DNA from: Penicillus capitatus
Lineage: Eukaryota > Plantae > Chlorophyta
Reading direction: 5' to 3'
Assembly (NCBI GenBank): GCA_965649825.1
Contig: OZ287695.1
Location: 1,345,081 to 1,409,080, forward strand
DNA length: 64,000 nucleotides
Positions 24,284-38,152 of the stretch are shown here, piece after piece. The first letter of the stretch is position 1. Every line of letters begins with the position of its first letter. The notes beneath the pieces were generated by a model. It made no database searches, was not told the DNA's origin, and saw only the letters and a list, made by a program, of their open reading frames with translations. The translations under genes and the position numbers were made by a program.

Positions 24284-26911
24284 TCAAGAATGTTTCGCTC
24301 TCTTGTCATAGACCGAACGAGCAAAGAGGGACAGAAGAACAGAGGCGATCGTTGTCGCAACACCGGCGATCAGAACGCGCACTTCTGTGGTATGGGGTTC
24401 GACGATATAAAGACGGAATCGAGGTGACGTGGAAGCCGACCATTTCGATTCCGTCCAGAGACGATCGGACGCCCATCCATACCTTGCGGCCACCACATTG
24501 GATGCTAAGTCGGCTGTCACATCAGAGAACCAGCTTCTTCAGCACACCGTCTCAGATTTTGGGATGGAGGAGGAAAGCAGACCCGCAGAGCGGATCCGAA
24601 GATTGGCATGGGATCCATTTCAGAGATAGAGAGTAGGATGGGACAAAGTAGATGGAAGCGGATTGGCAGCGGCCATAAGATTCTTCGCCGCTAAGCAATG
24701 CGCGATGTCCAATGCATACCTGCACACGCGTCATGGCTCATGACAGGATGCAGCGACTAGAGACGCACAGTGCCCTCTTCGCTGTTGCATGACAGCTTGT
24801 GTAGATCACAGGCCTTTAGCGAATGTGTACTCGATGTCTCTTCGGCTAATCTGCTGCCCATAAAATTGAAGAGGAAGTTCTCGATGTTTTTCCGTATTTC
24901 GAATCGCGCTTCCTGCAATAGAAGGCCGTTTGAGTGGTATCGAACAGCAGAGATACGTGTGTCTTGCCTGACGTCGATCGTCAAATGTAAAGATCGATGT
25001 ATAGTGCTCGACGGCTGTCGTGCCCAGAATATCTCTGTAGGATACAGACATGAATCGCTGGGCCATTGCACATGACAATCCTGGTTGCTCTCTCACCAAA
25101 CAGTCCATCAGAGTAGAGACGGTGTCTCGGATTTCTTGAGTGTCCATCATCTACCACACACATGGGTCATCACAAGCATACATACAGGCAGTACATGGAT
25201 CTCTTTTGTGTTTTCTGTGGCGAGATTGTAGAGGGACTGAGCAATGAGCATTGCTGCTTGAACAATGGCTTCGGGATCTATGCTCTCGGAATCATCTAGG
25301 ACACTCTCATAGTATGGATGTCGAAACTCCCGATCGAATTCTTCCAGGACGATGCCTTCGTAGGAGGCTCTGACGGTGAGCCATGTCATCAACGAAGAGG
25401 GTGGCAGTCCAGGATTCTCCTCCGATGCTGCATGCACTGTTGCCTGTTTGCACACAGAACCTCACAATCGGATCAGACCCCGGCAGCGCGTCACTTCAGA
25501 GAAGCCACGGCGCGTTGCACTGCGAAGAGATCGAAGGAGATTCTCTGACGTTTCTTTGGACTGTCCATGGACAAAGAACTGATACTTTCCATCATCCTTC
25601 TGAGCTCTGCCGATCTGGCCAATCTCAACGATCTACGTGCCAATGGATGGACGGTTGGCTGGATGGTATAGGATGGATGCGGTTCCACTTTCGAAATGGA
25701 TGAGAGATCAAGGGGAGGGTTGTGGCCAAACGCACCGTGTTCCCCAGGCGTCATTTCCACAATCATCCTCCTGGAACCCATGTAATCCCATGGCTCGCTC
25801 GACAATGCCGCAAATGCCAGGCGATGGCGGTAATCGGCGGCTGAGGTCTTCTTAGATAGAATATCGATGACTGTTAACAAGGTCAATAACCCAGACATGC
25901 TTGAATCTCCTCCCTAACGACACATATTCTTTCATGTATGCTTCGCTGTTCGAGTGTTGACGACCTTGATGCGATCGAGAAAGAAACCAGCAGTGTCCAT
26001 CCTCGCCATAACGAGAATCGTGTTGCTCGAAGTGATGGGCTTTGCAGGAAAGAGTCCCAGAACGGAATAGCCACCAATGGGATCGCACTGCTTGTGTTTT
26101 AGACACTCCAAGGAGTTCTCGCGAGCGGCCATCAGATTCTCCACTTCAACGTGGAACAGTGGACCGGTGAATCCCTGACCCAACGCACACGATACTCCAT
26201 TGTTGCACAAGAGAGAAACGCAACCTGATTGTTGTTCTCTTTCGCAGCTTTCAGCAGATCTCTTTCCATTTCTGGATCAGTCAGGAAAACGGGAACCGGA
26301 GCATATTGGTAACGAAGTCCAGTTCCCCAACGATTCCATGCGTAGTCTCTCCTTGCATAGGGAAAAGATGCGTTTGGGAACTTGGCATTCGGAAAGACCT
26401 CGCCACTCGAAAACCCTTCTGCACCTGTAGATGTCCATGCCTTAAGCCAGATCCTTCACACATAGATGGATCACTTTTACTCTTTAAGGCTAAAACGGCG
26501 ACAGTATGTTTCGACCATTCAGGATGCAGCTGAATGCGTTTCAGGACTTTTGGTAAGAGATGCAGATCCACGAGCAAAACACGCTCTCCTGTATGCATCC
26601 AATGATGCATGGAGCACTCGGTGGGAATCACCTTGGATCGTCTGGTGCTCATCGTCGATGCGTTGGAGAGGTGCGCGTTTCGATCGTCCGTTTGTCCGTT
26701 CGCAGCCATAGACCGCTGTGCTTGTCAAGATTTTGAAGCAACCTCCATCGAACTGCTCTCTCTTGAGATATCGCTTGACATCCTGTATCGACGAAAGCCC
26801 CTCGCTATGTACACCTACTCGCGACATCCATCATTTTTCGAAACGGTAGCCTGTGACTCATGTCCTACTCGAGAAGAGGCAGAGAGAAACGAGCGTTATA
26901 AGAAGGGTCAT
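24284..26911 (-). CDS. NCT: Nicastrin (gamma-secretase subunit), multi-exon
   Basis: Signal peptide MTLLITLVSLCLFS; GCFKILT..YGC; CDPIGGYSV; ILVMARMDTAGFF; SGLLTLL; EPWDYMGSRRM; DRLWTESKW followed by single TM VLIAGVATTIASVLLSLF. Confidence 0.8.
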
Positions 26912-27107
26912 CGGAAGACAGTTAAATTTTATAGTTTGGGTCATCTTTCATAACAAACAACGCCCATGAACATCTATGAATTTTCGAACATGAGATATTC
27001 AACAGGGGGTCAGATTTTCATTGCGGGTCCAGAACCACATGACTGTCAAATGTTGAGAAATTGGGACAACACCTCAGACTATACGGTTTTGAATGACATT
27101 CGTTTTC

Positions 27108-30100
27108 TCAGGCAGTTCCTTGGGGAGTATCTTCCCACTCCGGTTTCTTCTTTCTGAGAGCACTATACATCGCCGTCCAGTTACCGACTTCTCCCTGAGG
27201 TCCGATTGTCAAACACAGTGATGGAAAGACGAAGACACTAAAGAGGAAACTCGTCAAAACAGTGGCTGTAATATTGAAAGCGAATTTCTGGAAGAAGACG
27301 AGAATGGTCGCCCATAAAAAGAGACCAGAAATCAATGTCGTCAAAGCTCCAGCTGTCACAGAAATGCCTAGATGCGTCATTGCATCCCTCGTTCGATCGG
27401 CACGGTTGGAATGCGGACTCTCCATATACGCATCCGACAAATGAAGAGTGTAGTCCATAGAGAAACCGATCAAAATGACGATGGTAATCGATTCTGCCGT
27501 TCCCAAATCCCAACCCATCATGGCTCGAATGCCCACACCCATCACCGTTGCAACGATACCGGCAATTGTCATGACAGCAATGACGGATATGATGACGTTG
27601 CCACTGGCGACGTTCAGCACGACGAATGCAAGAACAAACACCAGAACCAGTCCAGAGATGGCACCACTGATCAGAGCGTCAGATGTCGATGGCCACAGCC
27701 ACGCTTGGCGTCCAGATTGGAATCCGCGACTCACTGATGAGGCATTGTTGTTCGATGCTTCACTATTCAAATTATCCATAAAGTCTTCCCATTCATCGAT
27801 GACTTTCTTAGCTTTGGAGCTCGATCCAGGGGGTCTAAACGTCGAATCGAATCTGAAGAACACAAAGCGGATTTCTCCTCTCCCCTGGCTGTAGCCGATG
27901 TCTTCACCGTACTCCACCGACTTTGCTTCGATCGACAGGTATTCTGCGATTCGGTCGTTAAACACATTTGGCTCCAGCGGAATCGACTCGGGTGGATCTC
28001 GTGCTTGCAACCACTCGTCGAAGTCTTCAATCCAACACTTTTGTTGTAGAGGGTCTTCTGCGAGGCGATCGTGGTCGATGTTGATGAGATACTTTGGAAT
28101 ACACGCAGAAGCGCTGCACGGAGCTTCTCTGACTCTTCTGCAAACACTCATCAGGAACTCCTGTGCTGCTATCGGTGTTGGATCGAAATCCAAATCGTAC
28201 TCAAGTTTGCCGTAGTCTTCAGAATCCCATGGATCTCTGCCACTCGTGTCCATTCCTTTCAGTCCCCAGGCCAGATACACCTCTGCCACATTGTCTTCAA
28301 AACTGTCTCTGAAAGGCGTTTTATCTGGATCGAAATAATCCAGAACTTGGTTAAGGGCGTGATCTTCAGGATACCAGCTCTCTGCTCCATCAGGAGTTTT
28401 GAATGTCGAGATAAAGCCAATGCCAACGCAAAAGAACGTGAGCCCGATCGCCAGAATCACGTATTTTGATCTCTGCAAGAAGAGGAAGAATGGTCCGTAG
28501 AAGAACTTTTCGATCGATCTGAGTTCGTGGACACCAGCATCGGCCAGAGAAGATTGTCGTCTGAGAACAATGGGTCTGTCATTGGTCTGAGGCTGACCAG
28601 AGGCGGCTGGGGGAGGTGGATAGGAGCTGCCCTGTTCATGATGTGGCGGCGCCTGAGCCATCTCCACTTCCGGATCATGAGCGCTCTGCGGTGTGGTCAC
28701 AGTTGAGCTGGGTTCTCCATGTTTCGCCTGGTGACCACCAGCGGCGCTTTCTGTCAACGGCAGAAAGAATGTCTCGTCGATCTCCACATGACAGCAGGTG
28801 CAGCATGGAAGGTAGGTGTTTACCCATGAAGGGCGACGATCTGGAATGCAGCACGGACAGATCCACTTTGTCATATACGGTGTGTAGCCAGCGTAGATAA
28901 CAAGAGTCGGCGGCATAAGGAAGAGGTTGATGAGGAAGAGGAAAACGATACACAGAGCCGCAAAGATGCCAAAAGCCTGCATGGGCATCAGAGGAGACAC
29001 AGCTGTGGCAAAGAATGCTGCCATAGTCGTAAACGATGTCACAAACACAGCCTTGGAGGCACGACTTGCCGAATACATCAAACGACCCTACAGAACACCA
29101 GACGATGATCGCATCACGCTTTCTCTTTATAGTGATGGTATGCATACCTGTAGACTTGGATCGATTCCTGGAACGCTGCCCGACTGCTTGTAGGCATCTG
29201 TGAAGACAAAGATGTCGTCTGCACCGATACCGAGCAGAATAAAGATGACAAGCAAATTCATTTCGTTGAAGAAACCGATCTGGAACACGGGCTTGTAGAA
29301 GAACAGAGCCACGGGGAACGACATGAAGATCTCCACGATGCCGATGAGCGAGAGAAACACAGATCCCAGATGAATGAGCATGTAAACCCAGACGGAGAGA
29401 ATGGACAGACCAGCCCACATAAAATCTGCCATCACCACTTTCGAATTTTCACGGTCGTTCAATTCTGGATTATAGAACAGGACTTCGAAATTATCCAATT
29501 CGCCAAAGTCACTGTATTCCGTTTTGAGTGGAGAGGGTGCTTCCATACCCAACAGATCGAACAATCTATCTTCTAAGTCCTCCAAAAATTCGTCGTACAT
29601 TTCATCGATCTGATCGTCTTCATCTGTTTTGCTGCTGGTATAGCTCTCAACCTCTTCGCCTTTTGCTGCCTTCTCTCTGCCTTTTTCAAACTCGGCAAAA
29701 TTGATTGGCAGACCTAACTCAAATCGTGACCGTGTATACTTCGAAGAATCTGTGGTGTTTTCTCCTCCTTGACTATCGTCCAGGAAAAAGGAGGCCTCAA
29801 AGAGATTCTGTGCACACACCATGGATGCGATGTGAAGATGAGGATCAGATGCCTACCGCGTTCATTCTGCTGAGCCCAAACTGAATGAAGTTATCCTCGG
29901 TTTCATTACCAAGATACCCACCAAACGAGGCATTCTCGAAATTGTACTCGTAGAAATAGAGCAGAACACTGAGGGGAAATGCACACGGAGCGTTTGCAGA
30001 ATTTGTCGTGGAGGTATAGTTCCGTAAGCACACATCTTTGTAACGATCGCTCATAATCTCGTTTTCCACCTAACCGACGAACAAACACACGTTCTCAGCA

Positions 30101-30624
30101 TCTTCCTACAGCAAGAAGACAGATGCCATATGCTTACCCTCCTCTGCGTCTCCAAATTTTCCTTCGTAAACACATTGGGCTCGCCTTTCTTGACCTCGTA
30201 CGTCACAAATATTTGCAATTCGTCTGGAGCGACACTGTAAAAAGCCTGGTCCGTCTCTTGACCTAGACACAAAGCGCAGGTTCCATGCAGCTCCGTCGTG
30301 CAGGCGGTTTCGTACTTAGTTGTTCCAATGCTTCCTCGATGGCGGCGTCTCGTTTTACATGCTTATTCGTCTTGATATCCCACTCGCCTCCACCCTCCGA
30401 CAATTTGAATCCGAGTATGGCACCAAGAGCGCCGAAGAAAAAGATAACTCCCAAAATACCGAAGAACAACTACACAGAAGTACACCACACCGTAACGTCG
30501 ATATTTTTGTCAGCATCCTCGTGGGTGAGTATTTTACAAGTAATGGATGGTCGTAAGACAGTAGCGCATAACGTTGGAGCCACCCTATGGGACCCTTTTC
30601 AAAAACGATGTTCCGCTTTTTCAT
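27108..30624 (-). CDS. Patched/Dispatched family sterol-sensing RND transporter
   Basis: SSD-type motifs FILLGIGADDIFVFTDAY, TSFTTMAAFFA, LIGFSMDYTLHLSDAY, GISVTAGALTT; two TM blocks with large luminal loops. Confidence 0.85.
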
Positions 30625-30766
30625 GACGTCAAGGTTCGACGGCGACGTGTGCGATTTCCTGCGGCCAACGATGAATGGTAAGACTATGGTAACAAACTAA
30701 GCTGAGCGGAAACAAATACAGATGGTTGTTTTGTCATGATGACGACGTGACAATACAGGACTTGTC

Positions 30767-32593
30767 ATGACTTCAACGTCGTTTCCCTCAGCGAAGCACC
30801 ACCGTCGATTTCTCATCCGGGCGTTCCATACGTCACTTCGACCAGAGCAGCCATGCGGCAGCGTACATCGCACAGACTTCAGGGGAGGACGGCATGGCGT
30901 GGGTCATGGACAAGAGTGCCCCCCTTTGTCGAATGCGTGGCCAATAGAGAACGACACAGCACACCCGTGACACCGTCGCTCTTTCGTGAAAAGGCATCGA
31001 CTGTCGAAGAAAAGAGTGAGGTCGAGACAGGACGAAACAGAAATGGACTGAGGCATATGACAAAGGACAACAACAGGCAGAGAACGCACCGCCATAGGCT
31101 TTCCTTTTACTGATGGGACGTTTGTGTTCAGCAACGGCAATGGACTACAGCGAAAGGCAGAGGTGTTTGTGGTGCGAACAGATGGATTCTCATGCACGAG
31201 GGAAATGGTGGACGGTTTGACAGATCATCCTTCACACGTGCACTCTGCCCATGCTCTGTCGTTTAGAGAACGGAAGTCTGTATTTTGAAGGCACCAGCAC
31301 GCATCAACACGTCCTGATGTGGAAAACGCGACCATCTTGGTATGGATACCGCATCCCTGTCTGATCGTCCTTATGCCACGCCTCTGTTCCAGTGTGATGG
31401 TCATCAAGAAAATGGGAAGTGCATTGCTGGAAGAAGTGAGAATCGCATTCGATGGACAGACAACGAAGAGGGAATGCCTGTGTATCTAGTTCTATGCCAC
31501 CGTTCTGCACTTGGTCAGTGAGGAGGACATGTTTCTGATGCTCGAGCCAGAACTCTATCAAGCATCGTGTGATAAATTCCCGCATCTCTCCCACCATTTC
31601 TTCACCTTCGAAGAAGGAGAGGGCCACAAGTGCGTTTGAAATGTCGCTTGTGACGCTGTTCTCTGAGCGAGCGAGTAATGGGACAGGTTAGGCAAAGTGG
31701 TCGATTTTATTGTCTGTATCGGCGGCGATGGTGTGCTGCTCCACGCTGCACATCTCTTCAAACATTCCGTTCCGCCGATCGTGGCATTCAATCTCGGTTC
31801 TTTAAGTTTTCTCACGACTTTTGACTTCAAGCACTTCAAGGAAGCCATCTCTGGTGTTATTTATGGTTCTCCAGATTCTGCAGATACATCTGTGTGTCGC
31901 ATTCCCCATTGCTACAGTGATGGCGTCTTGGTTTCTCTGAGAATGCGACTGCTTTGCGAGATTTACAAAAATGGATCAGACACACCGTACTGTGCCTATG
32001 AGTGTCTCAACGAAATCGTTGTCGATCGAGGGGCCAGTCCTTACTTGACGAACATCGAATGCTTCGAGAATGGACGACTGATCACTCGTGTACCCTCTGA
32101 TCGCCTCCTGCATCTCCGTTTGCCTGCATGAGGTGCTTTTGCAGGTCCAGGCAGATGGGATCATGTTAGCCACACCGACAGGAAGTACAGCGTACTCTGT
32201 GGCGGCTGGAGGTTCCATGGTGCATCCGCACGTCCCTGCCATTTTGCTCACACCTATCTGTCCCCATTCTCTCACTTTCCGACCCGTCATTCTTCCAGAC
32301 TATGCAGACGTCGAACTCCGGGTCCAGTGCACCGTTTGAAACGATCTGTCTTTGAAGAAGGCGTCTGTCTGGTACAGGTGGCCGAGTCGACGAGAGGGAA
32401 TGCCTGGGTCAGCTGCGATGGCCGCGATCGTCAAGTTATCGAATGTGGGGATCGTGTACGTGTGCGTATGAGTCGTCATCCTGTCCCCACCGTCACACAA
32501 CTGGAACAGACGACGGACTGGTTTAACAGTCTTGAGCGATGTTTTGGTTGGAACGAACGTGTCGAGCAGCAGCCGATCGATAAAAACACCTAG
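30767..32593 (+). CDS. NADK: NAD kinase (plastid NADK2-like); start approximate
   Basis: [84 protein letters not shown]. Confidence 0.9.
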
Positions 32594-32714
32594 TCTTCTT
32601 ACCCTGATTTCTCATTCTTTGTTTGTTATGGTTGATGGTAGTATAATCATATGCGTCGATCCGTGAGAAGACATGGATTTGTTTTGTACATTCAGCATTA
32701 TTGTGGAGGCATGC

Positions 32715-33440
32715 TCAATCGTCATTGTTATTTTTGTTTCTGTCCCATGGGAACTGGAACTCGATCTTCGGGAATTGAAACAAAGGCTTCTGCCCATCCA
32801 TTCCGAAACTGTCACCCTCTTCGCCTCTTTTTATATCGCCCAGGTTCACAACGTCAGATGTCTGACGATACGATGCTCCTCCACGACCGCCTGCGCCGGT
32901 CGCATCATCCAAACCGCCTTCTCCTGCATCGAACACAGGCAACGCTCAGTAAACGCCATCACAGAAGGAATCATACATACCTTTGGGTCCACCCTGTACC
33001 GCTTGAGGACCTAACTGACCATTTTTCCAGTCGTAGAGAGCGAGACCCACAGGTTCCTCTAAACAGTCCTGGATCTCTTTCATGAATTTCTCGAAAGGTT
33101 TTGAAGTATTGAAGCGTCCCATGCGAGCGTTGTCCAGGTACCGCTCCCAAAAATGGATCGACTGCTCCTCAAAGGGATCCTGAAAGACCTCGAAAGCGAG
33201 GATTCCTTTTGATCGATCCTGCATCTCGGCATGTGCGACATCGGCGATCTCCAAACAGAGCTTCTTGGCTTTCTCTGTACAGCCGTCTTTCACTTTCAAC
33301 GTCTTGCTGCACACGACATTGCGTAAAGATGATCTCTTGATTGCTCCTTCGACGACGAAACGTGAAGACCGTCCAGCACGGGCGGCGCCATGGACAGATG
33401 GTGTCTCCGCCAAGGATGTCCCTCGAGTCCGAGCCTGCAT
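32715..33440 (-). CDS. ABM (antibiotic biosynthesis monooxygenase)-like domain protein, probably plastid-targeted
   Basis: VVCSKTLKVK..GILAFEVFQDPFEEQSIHFWERY pattern of the ABM ferredoxin-like fold; second exon GEGGLDDATG. Confidence 0.6.
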
Positions 33441-33716
33441 CTCGAGTCCGAACCTGATCCAGATCGATTAATTCATTACGAGAGTGAATCGAAGACCTCT
33501 ATGTGTCTGTCGTACATGCATGCGATCACGCGTGGCGTCGTCGGCTACCGTCGAGATCTAGAAAAGGTGCTCTGTACATCCGTGCGCTTCTTCTCAGCCG
33601 AGGCCGTGCCAGAAAGTCCGAACACGCATTTAGACAGCGCCTTGCGTAAGACTGGTGTCCAGAACTCAAGAAATGGTCGGAGCATCAGTGGATCTCACCC
33701 CCGGTTCAATTCGTAG

Positions 33717-35059
33717 ATGGACAGGATCCTCCAACAGGTCGTTATCGAATCCTCCATCCTGCGCCACACCCTTCTGCCTGCAGCTCTCTCTTGGTTGAGG
33801 CGGAGAGGACGGCAGATGTCGCAGGCAATCATTTTCAAACTCTTTCGTGAGCACAAAGTGCTTCTTCTCGTTCAATTCTGTACCAGACCTGTGGGTGATA
33901 TAGGTGCGATACTATGATGGCAAAAAGATTCGACGCGTCAAGCATACGCGACAACTGCAACTGGGTGATCGATTGCTTCTTCCTTTGCAAGTTATTCAAT
34001 ATAAAGGATCGCCCACGTCATCCTCGGTGCAGGTAGCGCCACTGCCTTTCCGATCCTCCTTGAAGAGACTGTTGGCAGACTGTGGCCTCTGCGAATAGAA
34101 GAGGTGTCATAGATAGTGAACTGGATCAATGGGTGGAGATGTCACGTGGCTGGTTGCTCTATTCTTGTAGCGATTTCTTTGTCATCAACAAACCAGAAGG
34201 CATAGCCGTTCAGGTCTGTCGTGCACTGCATGTTATTGTATCTATAAGCCACCATCGTTCGTGACAGGGCGGAACAAGAATTCGCATCTCTATCGATCGC
34301 ATCTATGAGAGATTGGCTGTGCTGAAGAACTGGAGTGAGCCGCCAAAGTACGACGCCATAGGTAAATGTGTAGGAATTTGATGTGACGTTGTAGATTGGT
34401 CCATCGATTGGACAAGATGACGACAGGTGTGATGGTGGTGGCGCGTTCAGCCAATGCTGCTTCGTGGCTCGGTGAATCTTTTCACCAGAAAGGGCAGAAA
34501 ATTGAAAGCGGAGCCTTTGCGATCGAAAAGGTCTACTTGGCAGTGTTGGATGCCAGACGAATGTCTCGAACGAAAGGCACCATCAAATCCCTCATAAAAG
34601 TGGGCGAATCGGAGATGGCGTCTGAGACACACTTTCAGCTTCTATCAAAGAAAAAGGGACTGGCACTCGTGAAGCTTCGACCCAAGACAGGTTCCATTTC
34701 TGTCCTCTTCTTGCGGGTCACTCTTGTCGCAGGTCGAAAGCATCAGCTCAGAATGCATTGCGCGTTTAAGCTCAATGCTCCTGTGCTTGGAGATCGAATG
34801 TATACACTCAGCGAACGGCGTTACACTGTAGGCGTTCATTTGTGAGTTCGTTCCAAACCGCCTTCTGTTGCAGAAGGAGGAAATTCGTGCGTTTGAAGAG
34901 GAGTTTGGTGATGGTTGTCTACGGCATGTATATCTTCATTCTCACGAATTGATGATTTATCGTTCAAAGAAGAAACCGATTCTTATGTCTGCGCCGCTTC
35001 CGGAGCACATGGAACGCATAATGCAGTGGATCCGACAGCCAGAACGGGAGACAGACTAA
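33717..35059 (+). CDS. RluA-family RNA pseudouridine synthase, multi-exon
   Basis: FFVINKPEGIAVQ|GG; catalytic HRLDKMTTGV; TGRKHQLRMH-type motif; PVLGDRMY. Confidence 0.85.
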
Positions 35060-35504
35060 TCACATACTCTTCTGTCTGAGCAACATGTCATTTGTCCATC
35101 TCTGTTTCAATTCCACCGCATTGTCAGAAAGGGTTAAGTACATATGTAAGGAACAGAAAATGCATCGCTAGGCGAAGAATTGAGATGTCTCAAACAAACT
35201 GCTAATGAATACTTGGTCGACGATGGACTGCCAGAGCTGTTGCATGAGAAGTCTTTTCTGATGGAGATAGACAATGATTTCCAACGACGCCTAACATGTA
35301 TATCTTTTTTCCGATGCATAAGAATGAGTCTTTAACTGAAGACCGATGATGCGACGTCGTCAAAGTGGCGATGGTCGTTCAGATCGAGTCAGAACATTAA
35401 ATATTGCTGCCAGATGTTTTGATCGCCTTTAAACAGCGGCATCACCTATCAACTGACGTACAGAGTACACACTAGAAAGTCACTGAGATGGAGGATGTGT
35501 TCGA

Positions 35505-38152
35505 AACATGTGAGAAATCAATATGCTTTGAGCGGTCTAATGTGAGAAATCAGTATGCTCTGAGCGGTCCAATGTGGTGGAGAAGCTCAACGACAGAACG
35601 GGTATGTAGCACATGGGGCTGCATTGGGCGTTGAACATGTTCAAATGGAGAAATCCGTATGCTCTGAGCGGTCGAATGTGGTGGAGAATCGCCCCAACAT
35701 GTATGTAGAGTTGCATCCTCGGTCAAGCTCACGAGCACATGGGGCTGCATTGGGTGCAAAACATGTTCAAATGGAGAAATCCGTATGCTTATAGCGGTCG
35801 AATGTGGTGGAGAAGCTCCCCAACATGTATGTAGAGTTGCATCCTCCGTCAAGCTCACGATGACATGGGGCTGCATTGGGTGCAAAACATGTTCAAATGG
35901 CGAAATCAGTATGCTCTGAGCGGTCGAAAGCGGTGGAGAAGCTCCCCAACATGTATGTAGAGTTGCATCCTCTGTCAAGCTCACGAGCACATGGGGCTGC
36001 TTGGGTGGTGAACATGTTCAAATGGCGAAATCAGTATGCTCTGAGCGGTCGAAAGCGGTGGAGAAGCTCCCCAACATGTATGTAGAGTTGCCTTCTCCGT
36101 CAAGCTCACGAGCACATGGGGCTGCTTGGGTGGTGAACATGTTCAAATGGCGAAATCAGTATGCTCTGAGCGGTCGAAAGCGGTGGAGAAGCTCCCCAAC
36201 ATGTATGTAGAGTTGCCTTCTCCGTCAAGCTCACGATGACATGGGGCTGCATTGGGCGCAAAACATGTTCAAATGGAGAAATCCGTATGCTCTGAGCGGT
36301 CGAATGTGGTGGAGAAGCTCCCCAACATGTATGTAGAGTTGCATCCTCGGTCAAGCTCACGAGCACATGGGGCTGCATTGGGTGCAAAACATGTTCAAAT
36401 GGAGAAATCCGTATGCTTATAGCGGTCGAAAGCGGTGGAGAAGCCCAACAACAGAACGGGTATGTAGCATATGAGGCTGCATTGGGCGTTGAACATGTTC
36501 AAATGGTGAAATCAGTATGCTCTGAGCGGTCGAAAGCGGTGGAGAAGCCCAACAACATGTATGTAGAGTTGCCTTCTCTGTCAAGCTCACGAGCACATGG
36601 GGCTGCATTGGGTGCAAAACATGTTCAAATGGAGAAATCCGTATGCTCTGAGCGGTCGAAAGCGGTGGAGAAGCCCAAAAACAGAACGGGTATGTAGCAC
36701 ATGGGGGCTGCTTTGGTGGTGAACATGTTCAAATGGTGATATCCGTATGCTCTGAGCGGTCCAATGTGGTGGAGAATCACCCCAACATGTATGTAGAGTG
36801 GCATCCTCGGTCAAGCTCACGAGCACATGGGGCTGCTTGGGTGGTGAACATGTTCAAATGGCGAAATCAGTATGCTCTGAGCGGTCGAAAGCGGTGGAGA
36901 AGCTCCCCAACATGTATGTAGAGTTGCCTTCTCCGTCAAGCTCACGATGACATGGGGCTGCATTGGGCGCAAAACATGTTCAAATGGAGAAATCCGTATG
37001 CTCTGAGCGGTCGAATGTGAGTGGAGAATCACCCCAACATGTATGTAGAGTTGCCTCCTCCGTCAAGTTCACGAGCACATGGGGCTGCATTGGGTGCAAA
37101 ACATGTTCAAATGGAGAAATCCGTATGCTTATAGCGGTCGAAAGCGGTGGAGAAGCCCAACAACAGAACGGGTATGTAGCACATGAGGCTGCTTTGGTGG
37201 TGAACATGTTCAAATGGTGATATCCGTATGCTCTGAGCGGTCGAATGTGAGTGGAGAATCACCCCAACATGTATGTAGAGTGGCATCCTCGGTCAAGCTC
37301 ACGAGCACATGAGGCTGCTTGGGTGGTGAACATGTTCAAATGGAGAAATCCGTATGCTCTGAGCGGTCCAATGTGGTGGAGAATCACCCCAACATGTATG
37401 TAGAGTGGCATCTTCGGTCAAGCTCACGAGCACATGGGGCTGCTTGGGTGGTGAACATGTTCAAATGGAGAAATCCGTATGCTCTGAGCGGTCCAATGTG
37501 GTGGAGAATCACCCCAACATGTATGTAGAGTGGCATCCTCGGTCAAGCTCACGAGCACATGGGGCTGCTTGGGTGGTGAACATGTTCAAATGGCGAAATC
37601 AGTATGCTCTGAGCGGTCGAAAGCGGTGGAGAAGCTCCCCAACATGTATGTAGAGTTGCCTTCTCCGTCAAGCTCACGATGACATGGGGCTGCATTGGGC
37701 GCAAAACATGTTCAAATGGAGAAATCCGTATGCTCTGAGCGGTCGAATGTGAGTGGAGAATCACCCCAACATGTATGTAGAGTTGCCTCCTCCGTCAAGT
37801 TCACGAGCACATGGGGCTGCATTGGGCGCAAAACATGTTCAAATGGAGAAATCCGTATGCTTATAGCGGTCGAATGTGGTGGAGAATCACCCCAACATGT
37901 ATGTAGAGTTGCATCTTCCGTCAAGCTCACGAGCACATGGGGCTGCTTGGGCGTTGAACATGTTCAAATGGAGAAATCCGTATGCTCTGAGCGGTCGAAT
38001 GTGAGTGGAGAATCACCCCAACATGTATGTAGAGTTGCATCTTCCGTCAAGCTCACGAGCACATGGGGCTGCTTGGGTGGTGAACATGTTCAAATGGAGA
38101 AATCCGTATGCTCTGAGCGGTCCAATGTGGTGGAGAATCACCCCAACATGTA
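35505..38152. repeat. Tandem satellite array 1, ~125-128-bp unit (some ~108-bp variants), roughly 20 copies
   Basis: Unit AACATGTATGTAGAG..GTCAAGCTCACGAGCACATGGGGCTGC..AACATGTTCAAATGGAGAAATCCGTATGCTCTGAGCGGTC recurs with starts at 35699, 35825, 35951, 36076, 36201, 36327; begins with a 31-bp sub-repeat. Confidence 0.97.

Noticed and set aside
24284-30624. Nicastrin next to a Dispatched/Patched-like gene as a Notch/Hedgehog-like module
   Set aside because: Both families are widespread in plants and algae without those pathways; nothing in the sequence links them beyond a ~200-nt gap
1-35059. Ulvophycean TAA/TAG=Gln genetic code
   Set aside because: TAA and TAG terminate conserved proteins at the expected C-termini (ClpR, RPS27A), and long exons contain no in-frame TAR
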